A program made the position numbers and the translations under genes. The notes under the pieces were generated by a model. The model searched no databases, was not told the origin of the DNA, and saw only the letters and a program-made list of their open reading frames with translations. A stretch of 64,000 bases of DNA, taken from assembly GCA_028279555.1 (NCBI GenBank), contig JANQNO010000006.1, positions 55,837 through 119,836 of the forward strand, given 5' to 3'. Numbering within the stretch: the stretch's first letter is position 1; every line of letters starts with the position of its first letter. Shown one piece after another: positions 35,821 through 44,976 of this stretch. The DNA is from Sphingorhabdus sp. (GTDB lineage Bacteria > Pseudomonadota > Alphaproteobacteria > Sphingomonadales > Sphingomonadaceae).

Positions 35821-37014
35821 ATGGCTAAGGCAAGCAAGAAGAAGACGGCATCTACACCGAAGAAAGCAGCGATTGAGAAGGATGCTGAGTCGTTTGCACA
35901 CCCGGACGGTCAGCCAACTTATCAGGATCCAGAAGATGAATTTGGTCATCCCACTGACATCTTGGATGATGAGAACCCGGAAAATGTGAAAAATGTTGAG
36001 CAGTTGCTAGATATCAAACGGCAAGTGTCTGACGCTTTGGCGAGCAAAACTTTGCCAGGGATTCAGTCCTTCGGATTGGGTGATCCTGCGGACGATAGTA
36101 ACATTCTTGGCGTGGGAATAGGCCGTCCCGAAGTTGATTTCGAGTCGACCGGAAAAGAAGGACCCGGAAGTTCGGTTCTAAATGTCTATGTTGCCGAAAA
36201 AGTCGACGTGGAAACGATCAAGGCAGCAATGACCGATAAACTGAATGTCGATGGCATTGCATCTGACAGCTTTGGAATAAATATCATTCAAACGGGCATG
36301 ATAGAAGCCTCTGGTCGGCATGTGCACAAAGAGAGGCCGGCCCCGTGCGGAGTATCCGCCGGGCACCACAGCATAACTGCTGGCACACTGGGTGCGCTGG
36401 TACGAGGCCGGCGTGGTGAGCGTCGGAATCGAGTACTGGCGTTGAGCAACAACCATGTTTTTGCCAACTCGAACGCTGCGGGTGTCGGAGACAATATTTT
36501 GCAGCCCGGGCGACTTGACCGCGGAAGAACTCCACAAGACAGACTTGCACTTCTGGAAAGTTGGGTGCCGATAAAGTTTGATGGGAGTCCCAATCTGGTT
36601 GACTGCGCGACCGGCTGGTGTTGGCATGAATTGGTTCGGCCAGAATTTTTCTATCAATCACGGCAAGGGCCGCAATATTTCAAGGTGTCAAACACCCCAC
36701 AGTCGGTGCGCAATGGCATGGCGGTTGGAAAATCGGGCCGCACAACCGGTCTGACCATAGGTCAAGTTTACGATACTTCAGTCGATATCCGCGTGAATTT
36801 TGGGGCATCGGGCGTGGCATTTTTCAGAGATCAACTCGCGATCAGAGGGACTCGAGGTACATTTAGCGCCGGTGGCGATTCTGGTTCTCTTATCTGGACT
36901 TGGGACGCCTCGCGAAACCCGGTTGGATTGTTGTTTGCTGGCGGAGGTCAATATACTTTCGCTAACAAAATCAATCGAGTTCTTGACGCGCTGGATATTG
37001 AGTTTGTTTCCTGA
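35821..37014 (+). CDS. Cytoplasmic trypsin/chymotrypsin-fold (S1-like) serine protease with a Lys-rich N-terminal tail and a pro-domain-like module
   Basis: No signal peptide (MAKASKKKTASTPKKAA..). Ordered candidate triad: LSNNHVF (His), NLVDCATGW (Asp), GGDSGSLIW (Ser). Strong gaggagg RBS. Markedly AT-richer than its flanks. Confidence 0.7.
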   Translation: MAKASKKKTASTPKKAAIEKDAESFAHPDGQPTYQDPEDEFGHPTDILDDENPENVKNVEQLLDIKRQVSDALASKTLPGIQSFGLGDPADDSNILGVGIGRPEVDFESTGKEGPGSSVLNVYVAEKVDVETIKAAMTDKLNVDGIASDSFGINIIQTGMIEASGRHVHKERPAPCGVSAGHHSITAGTLGALVRGRRGERRNRVLALSNNHVFANSNAAGVGDNILQPGRLDRGRTPQDRLALLESWVPIKFDGSPNLVDCATGWCWHELVRPEFFYQSRQGPQYFKVSNTPQSVRNGMAVGKSGRTTGLTIGQVYDTSVDIRVNFGASGVAFFRDQLAIRGTRGTFSAGGDSGSLIWTWDASRNPVGLLFAGGGQYTFANKINRVLDALDIEFVS

Positions 37015-37039
37015 TTTCGAACTGGCATTTTGGTCAACT

Positions 37040-37348
37040 ATGGCTTATAATATTTGCATGATTATAAGGGACCCAAGCAAGAGAGAATTGTCTGATTGCG
37101 GGCCAGTCGATTATGCACCGTTCGGATCCAATCCCGAAAATTCTGGTCCCGAAGCAGCCAGATCGAAGCTCCTGAAAATTCGTGGCGTTCAAGGGGTAGG
37201 GTGGACGCTCGACGAGCATGGTGACCGAATACTTGTCGTATATTTGGATCACTCATCACATGATTCAAATATTCCGCAAGAGGTCGACGGGTGGAAAGTG
37301 GTAACACAAACAACAGGCCCGATTCGCGCTCTGGATCAAGACGGCTGA
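37040..37348 (+). CDS. Small protein resembling the pro-domain-like module of the upstream protease (start uncertain: 37040 or 37058)
   Basis: Same strand, with a 25-43 nt gap. The pattern GVQGVGW..ILVVYLD....IPQEVDGWKVVTQTTGPIRAL parallels protease residues ILGVGIG..VLNVYVA....LNVDGIASDSFGINIIQTGMIEA. No obvious SD. Confidence 0.45.
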   Translation: MAYNICMIIRDPSKRELSDCGPVDYAPFGSNPENSGPEAARSKLLKIRGVQGVGWTLDEHGDRILVVYLDHSSHDSNIPQEVDGWKVVTQTTGPIRALDQDG

Positions 37349-37410
37349 ATAAACGGCCTAACAGGGCATTCCTAATAGGGGTTTTGCAACGCCGATATCG
37401 TGCTTTTACC

Positions 37411-37896
37411 TCACCCCTCCGACGGTTTCGACATAAGCTGGACGTAATTTTCGAGGCCCATACGCTCGATCAGGTCGAATTGTTTTTCCAGTTCATCGAG
37501 ATGGTGTTCCTCGCTCTCCAGGATCGCGGCAAAGAGATCGCGGCTCACATAATCGCGGACCTTTTCGCAATGTTCTATCGCATCGCGCAGCAGCGGGATG
37601 GCATCATGCTCCAGGTCCAGATCGGCTTTCAAAATCTCCTCGACGCTTTCACCGACGCGCAGGCGCCCGAGCATCTGAAAATTGGGAAGGCCTTCCAGAA
37701 ACAGAATCCGTTCGGCAAGCTGGTCGGCATGCTTCATCTCGTCGATCGATTCGGTGCGTTCAAACTCGGCAAGCTGTGTGACGCCCCAATTGTCGAGCAT
37801 GCGGTAATGCAGCCAATATTGATTGATCGCCGTCAGCTCGTTCTTGAGCGCCTCATTCAGAAAATCCAGCACCTTTTCGTCGGCAATCTTTGCCAT
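37411..37896 (-). CDS. bfr: Bacterioferritin
   Basis: [40 protein letters not shown] at 37896 has a ggaga RBS. Confidence 0.92.
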   Translation of the reverse strand: MAKIADEKVLDFLNEALKNELTAINQYWLHYRMLDNWGVTQLAEFERTESIDEMKHADQLAERILFLEGLPNFQMLGRLRVGESVEEILKADLDLEHDAIPLLRDAIEHCEKVRDYVSRDLFAAILESEEHHLDELEKQFDLIERMGLENYVQLMSKPSEG

Positions 37897-37994
37897 CGCA
37901 TTGTCTCCATAAATCACGGATTGTTATTCGGAGCCGCTTATAGCGGGGACGGACTCCTTCTTCCAGCCAAAAAAGCGCAGAAAAGCTTGTGTTT

Positions 37995-38168
37995 TCAGGA
38001 GTTAGTTGCAGGCTCGTTAATGATATTGCGAGCGAAATTCAGGCATTGTCCGCATTTCGGTTTGCGTCCCAGTCGGGCATAGGCGGATTTCGCACAGCGT
38101 AACTCGCCATCTCGCGCGGCTTCGCGCAGTTCCTGTTCCTTGATAGCGTTGCATACGCAAACGACCAT
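37995..38168 (-). CDS. bfd: Bacterioferritin-associated ferredoxin ((2Fe-2S)-binding, Bfd)
   Basis: MVVCVCNAI...CGQC four-Cys pattern. Adjacent to bfr. ATG at 38168 has an aagga RBS. Confidence 0.8.
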   Translation of the reverse strand: MVVCVCNAIKEQELREAARDGELRCAKSAYARLGRKPKCGQCLNFARNIINEPATNS

Positions 38169-38355
38169 AATGCGAATCCTTATCTGCTCTCCTCCTATAC
38201 ATATAATGAGACTGGTTCGCAATAGCGAAATTTGAGAAAATTAAGATTCCGGTGACGATCCGATTCGCTGCGGCATCACAAATTTCGGCTCAACAGGGCA
38301 CGGTTTCGACGTTGGCCGTGAAGTCAGCCAGAATCTCCGCCAGATTGAGGACGGC

Positions 38356-39861
38356 CTAGCCGCCCATTTTCAGCTGCCGTCGCCGCTGCACGGACGATCC
38401 TATCCCCATCGCCTCGCGATATTTCGCCACGGTCCGCCGGGCAAGATCGAAGCCCTGTTCCTTCAGCAGCTTGACGAGTTTGTCGTCGGACAGGATCTTC
38501 GAACCCTCTTCGTCGATCAGCGCCTTGATTGCTGCCTTGACGGCCTCTGCCGAGGCCCCTTCACCGTCGGCCGAAGCCACGCCTGACGAAAAGAAATATT
38601 TGAGATCGAACATGCCCCGGTCGCAGGACAGATATTTGTTGCTGGTGACCCGGCTGACTGTCGATTCATGCATGTCGATGGCATCTGCAACCTGCCGCAG
38701 TGTGAGCGGCTTGAGCGCGCTGGTGCCTTCGCGGAAAAACCCCTCTTGCTGCTTGACCACCTCGCCGGCTACTTTCAGAATTGTCTTTTGCCTTTGGTCC
38801 ATGGCCCGGATCAGCCAGTTGGCATCCTCCAGGCATTCATTCAGCCACTTTTTGGTCGCGGCATCGGCTCCATTGCCGCCAAATTCGGCCATGTAACTGC
38901 GGTTGATAAGAAGGCGCGGCAAATTGGCGCTGTTGAGTTCGATGCCCCAGCCATCGCCATTCTTCGTCTTGCGCGGCATCACAAAAATATCGGGGGTGAC
39001 GGCCAGACTGGCCTCACCGCCGAACCGCGCACCGGGTTTAGGGTCATAGGTTTTGAGCTCGGCCAGCATATCCTTGAGATCTTCATCATCGACCCGGCAC
39101 AGGCGCTTTAGCTGGTCAAATCCGCCGCGCGCGACCAGATCGAGATTGTCCATCAGCCTGGCCATGCAGGGATCATAGCGATCCGCTGCTTTGGCCTGCA
39201 GCGCCAGGCACTCGGCAAGGTCGCGCGCACCCACACCCGGCGGATCGAGCATCTGGAGCGCCTCCAGCGCGTCCTCGATATCCTCTTCGGCAACGCCAAG
39301 CCGGTGCGCGAGCTGCAACAGGTCGGCTCCCAGATAACCTGATGGGTCCACCTCTCCGATCAGCTGCATGACGAGAAACAGTTCCTGCCCGAAGAACATC
39401 GCCCCCGCCTGTTCCTTCAAATAATCCTGCAGACTCAGATCGTCTGACGCAAAACTGTCGAAATCGGGGCCTTCACCCGTCCCGCCGCCAAGATCGCCGC
39501 TCAGCCCGAGCATGCCATCGGCTGCGCCAGACGCCGCCTGCGGCATGTCGCTTGGGCTATCATGGTGGAATGTGGTCTTGTCGAAATCGACATCCAGCGC
39601 TTCGCTTGCCGACATGTCGGACGCCGACAAAACGTCGCGCGTATCGCGATCGCCCGGCGTATCTGTGCCATCCTCAGGAAGCTCTCTATCGCCGCTTTCG
39701 CGGGCAGCATCCTCCAGCAGCGGGTTGCGCTCCAATTCACCCGCGACATAGGCTTCGATCTCCAGCGACGACAGCGCAAGCAGCTTGATCGCCTGCTGCA
39801 ACTGCGGCGTCATCACCAGCGACTGTGATTGCCTGAGATCGAGACGGGGAGCTATGGCCAT
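38356..39861 (-). CDS. rpoN: RNA polymerase sigma-54 factor
   Basis: LRQSQSLVMTPQLQQAIKLLQ-type region I and the C-terminal RpoN box ARRTVAKYRE. Confidence 0.95.
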   Translation of the reverse strand: MAIAPRLDLRQSQSLVMTPQLQQAIKLLALSSLEIEAYVAGELERNPLLEDAARESGDRELPEDGTDTPGDRDTRDVLSASDMSASEALDVDFDKTTFHHDSPSDMPQAASGAADGMLGLSGDLGGGTGEGPDFDSFASDDLSLQDYLKEQAGAMFFGQELFLVMQLIGEVDPSGYLGADLLQLAHRLGVAEEDIEDALEALQMLDPPGVGARDLAECLALQAKAADRYDPCMARLMDNLDLVARGGFDQLKRLCRVDDEDLKDMLAELKTYDPKPGARFGGEASLAVTPDIFVMPRKTKNGDGWGIELNSANLPRLLINRSYMAEFGGNGADAATKKWLNECLEDANWLIRAMDQRQKTILKVAGEVVKQQEGFFREGTSALKPLTLRQVADAIDMHESTVSRVTSNKYLSCDRGMFDLKYFFSSGVASADGEGASAEAVKAAIKALIDEEGSKILSDDKLVKLLKEQGFDLARRTVAKYREAMGIGSSVQRRRQLKMGG

Positions 39862-39888
39862 CGGGTCGACTATCCTTGCCCCAGAGCG

Positions 39889-40680
39889 TTACAATTCAAA
39901 GCTCTCACCCAGATAGAGGCGGCGGACATTGGGGTCGGCGACCAGATCTTTGGGCGAACCGGCAAACAGCACCTGCCCGCCATAGATGATACAGGCCCGG
40001 TCAACGATATCGAGCGTTTCGCGTACATTGTGATCGGTGATCAACACACCAATGTCGCGCCGCTTCAAATCCTTGACCAGATCGCGGATATCCGAGATCG
40101 ATATGGGGTCGATGCCGGCAAAGGGTTCGTCGAGCAGCATGATCGACGGGTTGGCGGCAAGCGCACGGGCAATCTCGCAGCGCCGCCTTTCACCGCCCGA
40201 TAGCGCCATTGCGGCCGAACTGCGCAATCCTGTCAGGCCGAATTCATCAAGAAGCTGATCGAGCCGGCCCTTGCGCGCCGCAGCATCGGGTTCGGCCAGC
40301 TCGAGAACACTCATGATATTTTGTTCGACCGTCATGCCGCGAAATATCGATGTCTCCTGCGGCAGATAGCCGAGGCCAAGAATAGCGCGCCGGTACATGG
40401 GAAGCCGGGTAATATCCTCTCCATTCAGCATGATCCGGCCGGAATCGGGCTTCACCAGCCCCATGATCGAATAAAAGCAGGTCGTTTTTCCGGCACCATT
40501 GGGGCCAAGCAAGCCGACCACCTCGCCCTGGGCCACCGAAAGCGAAACATCCGAAAGCACCGACCTTTTGTCATAGCTCTTGGCAATCGAAACAACGCCC
40601 AGCCCGCGCTCCATGCCCTCCTGCGTGACCGCGTTGGAAGGAGCATCGCTTACATCAACATTGTGGCTATCGAGGGTCAT
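39889..40680 (-). CDS. lptB: LPS export ABC transporter ATP-binding protein LptB
   Basis: Walker A GPNGAGKTT, ABC signature LSGGERRR and Walker B MLLDEP. lptC-lptA-lptB-rpoN synteny. Confidence 0.92.
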   Translation of the reverse strand: MTLDSHNVDVSDAPSNAVTQEGMERGLGVVSIAKSYDKRSVLSDVSLSVAQGEVVGLLGPNGAGKTTCFYSIMGLVKPDSGRIMLNGEDITRLPMYRRAILGLGYLPQETSIFRGMTVEQNIMSVLELAEPDAAARKGRLDQLLDEFGLTGLRSSAAMALSGGERRRCEIARALAANPSIMLLDEPFAGIDPISISDIRDLVKDLKRRDIGVLITDHNVRETLDIVDRACIIYGGQVLFAGSPKDLVADPNVRRLYLGESFEL

Positions 40681-40795
40681 TCAGTATCCTGTTTGCAGGC
40701 GCTGTCCGCCTCTTTCGTCAGCCAAAGGCTAGTAAATCCCAGCCTGCTTGGCAATTGGCAAGAGTCTTGCAGAGCAAAATTTTTGATGCGGGGGT

Positions 40796-41329
40796 CTAGT
40801 TCCTCCGCTGCGGCACGGTGAAGGTTCCGGTGACGCGACCATTGCCGCTATCCTCAACGCCGGGAACGGCCTGTCCGCCGCCGGTGATCGTCGAGCGTCC
40901 GGCATTGAGGTCGATCATGATCCGGCCACCATTGAGGCGGTTTGCCCCCTGCGACAGCTTGACATTACCGAGCAGCGTGATGAGATCGCTATCGAGATCG
41001 TAGATCGCTGCATCGCTGGTGGCGCGCAAATCATCCTTGGTAATGGTCACCCCGCCTGCAGCATCTAGAATATTCACGTCAATACCGCCGCGGTTGCTGT
41101 ATTTCGCGGTCAGCCGCGCAGCGCGGATGGTCAGCCCCGCCTGCGTTGCGGTAACCCCGCCTGAAAGCACAACGCGGTCTGCCCGATCCTGCAACTCAAT
41201 CTGTCCCGCGCTGAAATTAACCGGCGCGTTGCTGTTATGCCCGCGAATGACCTGCGCACTCGCTGAAGACAGAAAGGCGGCGGTCAACGCGAAGCTGCCA
41301 AGCATGATCGGGATGAAGCTTCTGGTCAT
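40796..41329 (-). CDS. lptA: LPS transport periplasmic protein LptA (OstA-like)
   Basis: Signal peptide plus an OstA-type beta-jellyroll repeat pattern. Synteny. Confidence 0.7.
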   Translation of the reverse strand: MTRSFIPIMLGSFALTAAFLSSASAQVIRGHNSNAPVNFSAGQIELQDRADRVVLSGGVTATQAGLTIRAARLTAKYSNRGGIDVNILDAAGGVTITKDDLRATSDAAIYDLDSDLITLLGNVKLSQGANRLNGGRIMIDLNAGRSTITGGGQAVPGVEDSGNGRVTGTFTVPQRRN

Positions 41330-41338
41330 GACTAACTG

Positions 41339-42070
41339 TTACCTAATGGTTCCCTGATTGATACGCAATTGGGCGTTGCCGGCGAGCGTGACCGTGCGCG
41401 CATTTAAATCCGCACGCAGCTTGTTGGCGCTGAAGGTTCCGATGCGCGTTTTGCCGCTGACCGGGCCAAAGCTTTCGAGCCGCCGGTCATCGACGTAAAA
41501 TTCGACATTGCTTGCTGTGAGGTCAAATCCCTTGTCGGAAATATAGGAAAAATTGCCGCCCACGCGCATAATCTTGCGGACCATGTCGAAGCGCGTGTCA
41601 CTGCTGGCGCTTGCACGGTAATCGCCGCCTGAGTCAAATGTCAGCGGACCGTCGATCCGCATAACCTCCTTATCCAGATCATAAGCGCCCTGGCCAGCCA
41701 GAATCGAGGCGCGGGAGCCATCCAGAAACAGGCTGGCCGAGAGATCCCGCATCTGCAGCAATGGGTCTTTCGAACTTTTCTGAATGGCGCTGCCAGCGCG
41801 GATGGAAAAGGGCTGCCCCTTGCTGTCCTCACCGCGATAGAGCGCTTCGGAAACACGCATCCTTTCGGGCGCAACGTCAACCGCATCCTTGGCGAGCAGA
41901 AAACTCAACTCACGATTTTCGGTGAAGGGGCTGAAAGCAAGAATGGCAACCAGCATGCCGACAATCGCGGGCAACAATACGCGCAGCAGGCGAATCAGGC
42001 GGTCATGACTGCCGCCGGGCGCTGCAAAATGCTGCCGCCGCGATCGTTGCTGCTCTGCGAGTACCGACAT
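41339..42070 (-). CDS. lptC: LPS export system protein LptC-like
   Basis: Single N-terminal TM anchor with a beta-rich periplasmic domain. Position immediately upstream of lptA. Confidence 0.6.
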   Translation of the reverse strand: MSVLAEQQRSRRQHFAAPGGSHDRLIRLLRVLLPAIVGMLVAILAFSPFTENRELSFLLAKDAVDVAPERMRVSEALYRGEDSKGQPFSIRAGSAIQKSSKDPLLQMRDLSASLFLDGSRASILAGQGAYDLDKEVMRIDGPLTFDSGGDYRASASSDTRFDMVRKIMRVGGNFSYISDKGFDLTASNVEFYVDDRRLESFGPVSGKTRIGTFSANKLRADLNARTVTLAGNAQLRINQGTIR

Positions 42071-42099
42071 CGCCGTCTATTCTTTCTTCCCAATATGCA

Positions 42100-42720
42100 T
42101 CAGCTATGTGCAAAAATGTCATGCTCGGGCCAACCTTCCAGATCGAGCCTGGCGCGGGTTGGAAGAAAATCAAAACAGGCCTGAGCCAAAGCTGAACGAC
42201 CCTCGCGCTCGAGACGTTTTTCAAAAAGCTGGTGCAGCCTGTGAAGATAGCGCACGTCGCTGGCCGCATAGTCAAGCTGTGCGTCGTTCAGTTCCGCGCC
42301 GCCCCAGTCGCTCGATTGCTGCTGCTTGGAAATATCGGTGCCCAGCATTTCGCGAACAAGCTCTTTCAGGCCGTGCCGGTCAGTATAGGTTCGGGTCAGC
42401 TTGGAAGCAATTTTGGTGCAGAAGACCGGTGCCGTCATAACCCCCAGATAATGTTCGATCGCCGCTAGGTCGAAGCGCGCAAAATGGAAGAGCTTCAATC
42501 GCTTAGGGTCTGCAAGAACCGCGCGCAGATTGGGCGCTGCAAAATCGCTATCGGGCGCGAATCTAACAAGATGTTCATCACCGCCGCCATCTGAAATCTG
42601 TAGCAGGCAGAGCCTGTCGCGCGGCGTCACCAGCCCCATTGTTTCGGTGTCCACTGCCAGCGCCGCACCATCGGCAAACAGGCCCTCCGGAAGGTCTTCT
42701 TCGTGAAATATTACGCTCAT
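42100..42720 (-). CDS. RNase D-like 3-prime to 5-prime exonuclease (DEDD)
   Basis: LAVDTETMGL (ExoI), HFARFDL and YAASDVRYLH (ExoIII). ATG at 42720; the track start is an extension. Confidence 0.75.
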   Translation of the reverse strand: MSVIFHEEDLPEGLFADGAALAVDTETMGLVTPRDRLCLLQISDGGGDEHLVRFAPDSDFAAPNLRAVLADPKRLKLFHFARFDLAAIEHYLGVMTAPVFCTKIASKLTRTYTDRHGLKELVREMLGTDISKQQQSSDWGGAELNDAQLDYAASDVRYLHRLHQLFEKRLEREGRSALAQACFDFLPTRARLDLEGWPEHDIFAHS

Positions 42721-42952
42721 GCCGCGCGTTACTGCCCCAGCCGCCCCGAATAGGCAAGACGGAGTGTTGGGCAAGAGCGCGGCAGCAGCGCGGTAATAAA
42801 CTCTATGCGGCCTGTGGATAATCGGGTATAGGCTTGAAACAGCGTGGCATAATGCCAGCAGCAGTGATTCTCGGTCGGCGCCTGTACCAGACGATCTGCA
42901 AACCCGGCCGGGGCACTATTGAGGGGCGCAAGGAAGAGTTTAGACCAAAGAC

Positions 42953-43714
42953 ATGGGTTTTGATCGTAAGCGGCGGGGCAAGGGCCGCGACAAACGGGAC
43001 AGTTTCGGCGACGAGAATTTTGATGGCTATGGTGGCCCGCCACCACTCCCAGGCGAATTTGGCAGAGGCGGATTCGAGGATCGCCCGCAGCGCGGCGGTT
43101 TTGGCAATGATCGCGGTGGCGGTTTCGGAGGGAATCGCGGCGGCGGCCAAGGCGGCGGCGGGCGCTCTTCGATGCCCGCACAGGTCGTCGGCAGCGGCAG
43201 CGGTGTCGTCAAATTCTTCAATGCGCAAAAGGGCTTCGGCTTCATCCAGTGCGAAGATCGCCCCGACGATGTTTTCGTCCATATCAGTGCCGTCGAGCAG
43301 GCAGGGCTGCAGGGGCTCGCCGAAGGGCAGCCGCTTGATTTCACGCTGGTGGATCGCGGCGGCAAGACCTCGGCAACCGACTTGGTGATCGATGGCGAAC
43401 CCTTGCCTGTGCCCGAGCGGCCGCAGCGCGATTTCGATCGCGGCCCGCGGCAGGATCGCGGCGGATTCGAAGGTCGCCCGCGGCGCGAGCCGACCGGCGA
43501 GCGCGCCAATGGCACGGTCAAATTCTTCAACGATATGAAGGGCTTCGGATTTATCGAGCGCGATGATGGCGGCGATGATGTCTTTGTGCATATCTCCGCG
43601 CTCGAACGCTCCGGCCTGGGCCCGGCGAATCAGGGCGACAGGCTTGCTTTCGACATAGAAGTTGATCAGCGCGGAAAATTCTCCGCCTCCAATCTTGCCA
43701 AGGCGGACGGTTAG
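42953..43714 (+). CDS. Tandem cold-shock-domain protein with an Arg/Gly-rich N-terminal extension
   Basis: Two CSDs (GVVKFFNAQKGFGFIQ..DVFVHISAV and GTVKFFNDMKGFGFIE..DVFVHISAL). The N-terminal 73 aa are rich in RGG/GGF. An alternative start at 43172 (Met74) cannot be excluded. Confidence 0.75.
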   Translation: MGFDRKRRGKGRDKRDSFGDENFDGYGGPPPLPGEFGRGGFEDRPQRGGFGNDRGGGFGGNRGGGQGGGGRSSMPAQVVGSGSGVVKFFNAQKGFGFIQCEDRPDDVFVHISAVEQAGLQGLAEGQPLDFTLVDRGGKTSATDLVIDGEPLPVPERPQRDFDRGPRQDRGGFEGRPRREPTGERANGTVKFFNDMKGFGFIERDDGGDDVFVHISALERSGLGPANQGDRLAFDIEVDQRGKFSASNLAKADG

Positions 43715-43737
43715 GCGGCCAGTCTCTAATACACGGC

Positions 43738-43770
43738 AAAGGCTCGGGAAGGTGCCGGGCCTTTCATTCT
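43738..43770 (+). terminator. Probable rho-independent terminator after the csp gene
   Basis: aaaggctcgg-gaaggtg-ccgggccttt (one G-U pair) followed by a T-rich tract. Confidence 0.45.
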
Positions 43771-43783
43771 TCGATTGTCTTGT

Positions 43784-44260
43784 TCAGGCTGCGTGGGCTG
43801 ACTGCGCGAGAAACCAGCTGCGCTGTTCAGCTTCATCGGTCCAGTCGTCAAGCAGGCCGTCGGTGGCATTGTCGCCAGCTTCATCCGCCAGAATTTTCAG
43901 CTCTTTGAGCCGCGCGATCAGCTGGTCATTGTCCGACCGCAATTCGGCGAGCATGGCCTGCGCGCCAAGATCGCCATTGTCATTGTCGGCAATCCGTTGA
44001 TGCGCAGTAACCGACGCAATTGAGGTCAAGGTTTGCTGTCCGAGCTTGCGCACGCGCTCGGCGATCGGATCGGTCGTGGCCAAAAGTTCAGCCGCCTGCT
44101 CGTCGAAGAGCAGATGATATTCGCGGAAATGCGGGCCCGATACATGCCAGTGAAAATTTTTGGTTTTGAAATAGAGCGCGTAATAGTCGGCGAGAATGCG
44201 ATTCAATGCGTCGGCCAGTGCCTTCCGGCCATTGTCGCCCTGGGAAATGTGGTTTGTCAT
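43784..44260 (-). CDS. dps: Dps (DNA starvation/stationary-phase protection protein)
   Basis: LADYYALYFKTKNFHWHVSGPHFREYHLLFDEQ is the ferroxidase-site region. ATG at 44260 has a ggaga RBS. Confidence 0.88.
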   Translation of the reverse strand: MTNHISQGDNGRKALADALNRILADYYALYFKTKNFHWHVSGPHFREYHLLFDEQAAELLATTDPIAERVRKLGQQTLTSIASVTAHQRIADNDNGDLGAQAMLAELRSDNDQLIARLKELKILADEAGDNATDGLLDDWTDEAEQRSWFLAQSAHAA

Positions 44261-44386
44261 GGGAGAAATCTCCATCCATCTGTTTTTCATCGATGGTGAA
44301 GAGATTAGGCGCAGGATTACAATCGACCCAATGAATATATGCTGATAGATTGATTGGCAAAATCGATTTTTCCCGCACAGCTAGGC

Positions 44387-44953
44387 TCAAATCAGTCGAA
44401 AGGCCATCAATGCCATATAGAGCCCGACCAGCAGCATCGCCGCCCCCGCCGTCATACGAATCGATTTGAGCGGTAATCTGGCCGCCAATTTCTCGCGCAA
44501 GACGATCGCCGGTCCGCTGGCGGCAAGAACGCCTGCAATGCCCCCGGCACAGACCAGACCCCACGCATCCCAGTTGGCCGAATTCACCATGATCAGAAAT
44601 TGCCCCTTGTCGCCAAACTGCAGGATGAGCAGCCCCAGAAAGCTCGTCCACAGCGGGCTCAGCTTCCACTTTTCCAAAAGATCGATTTTGCGCTGCCACA
44701 TCAACATGCCCGCACCGGCGAATATATAGGCCAGCGCGGTGAACAGAAGCAGCGCGTCTTCGCTGATCCAGCTGTCAAGAATGGAGCCGGCACCAGCGGC
44801 AAGCATGCTGTTTATCAGCGTGGCCGCGACAAGCGCGACAAACACCGTTTTCTCGTCATCGAATCGCTGCGCCAGAGCCGCCGACAGCAGCTGTGTGCGC
44901 CCGCCGGTTTCGGCGAGGAAAACCGCTATCATTGTGATCAGAAAGCCGTCCAT
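44387..44953 (-). CDS. UPF0016/GDT1 (TMEM165)-family membrane protein, putative cation (Mn2+/Ca2+) transporter
   Basis: Six TM segments with two E-x-G-D/R-(K/R)-(T/S)-type motifs (AETGGRTQ, QFGDKGQ). Confidence 0.7.
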   Translation of the reverse strand: MDGFLITMIAVFLAETGGRTQLLSAALAQRFDDEKTVFVALVAATLINSMLAAGAGSILDSWISEDALLLFTALAYIFAGAGMLMWQRKIDLLEKWKLSPLWTSFLGLLILQFGDKGQFLIMVNSANWDAWGLVCAGGIAGVLAASGPAIVLREKLAARLPLKSIRMTAGAAMLLVGLYMALMAFRLI

Positions 44954-44976
44954 GGCGAATGGCTATGCCATACTTC

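Noticed and set aside
29104-37410. Mobile-element hallmarks (integrase, transposase, tRNA attachment site, flanking direct repeats) around the AT-rich islets
   Set aside because: None were found. Apart from the tetR-end duplication flanking the TBDR gene, I saw no terminal repeats, so the islets are not called mobile elements.
38223-38355. Possible small gene or remnant between rpoN and bfd (open minus frame ..LAEILADFTANVETVPC*)
   Set aside because: It has no start codon or RBS and is only about 20 codons. It is likely non-coding 3-prime sequence of rpoN.
42803-43591. 262-aa minus-strand ORF opposite the tandem-CSD gene, plus the nested 167-aa ORF (43027-43530)
   Set aside because: They are antisense to unmistakable cold-shock domains and are a product of the G/C-rich RGG-coding stretch.
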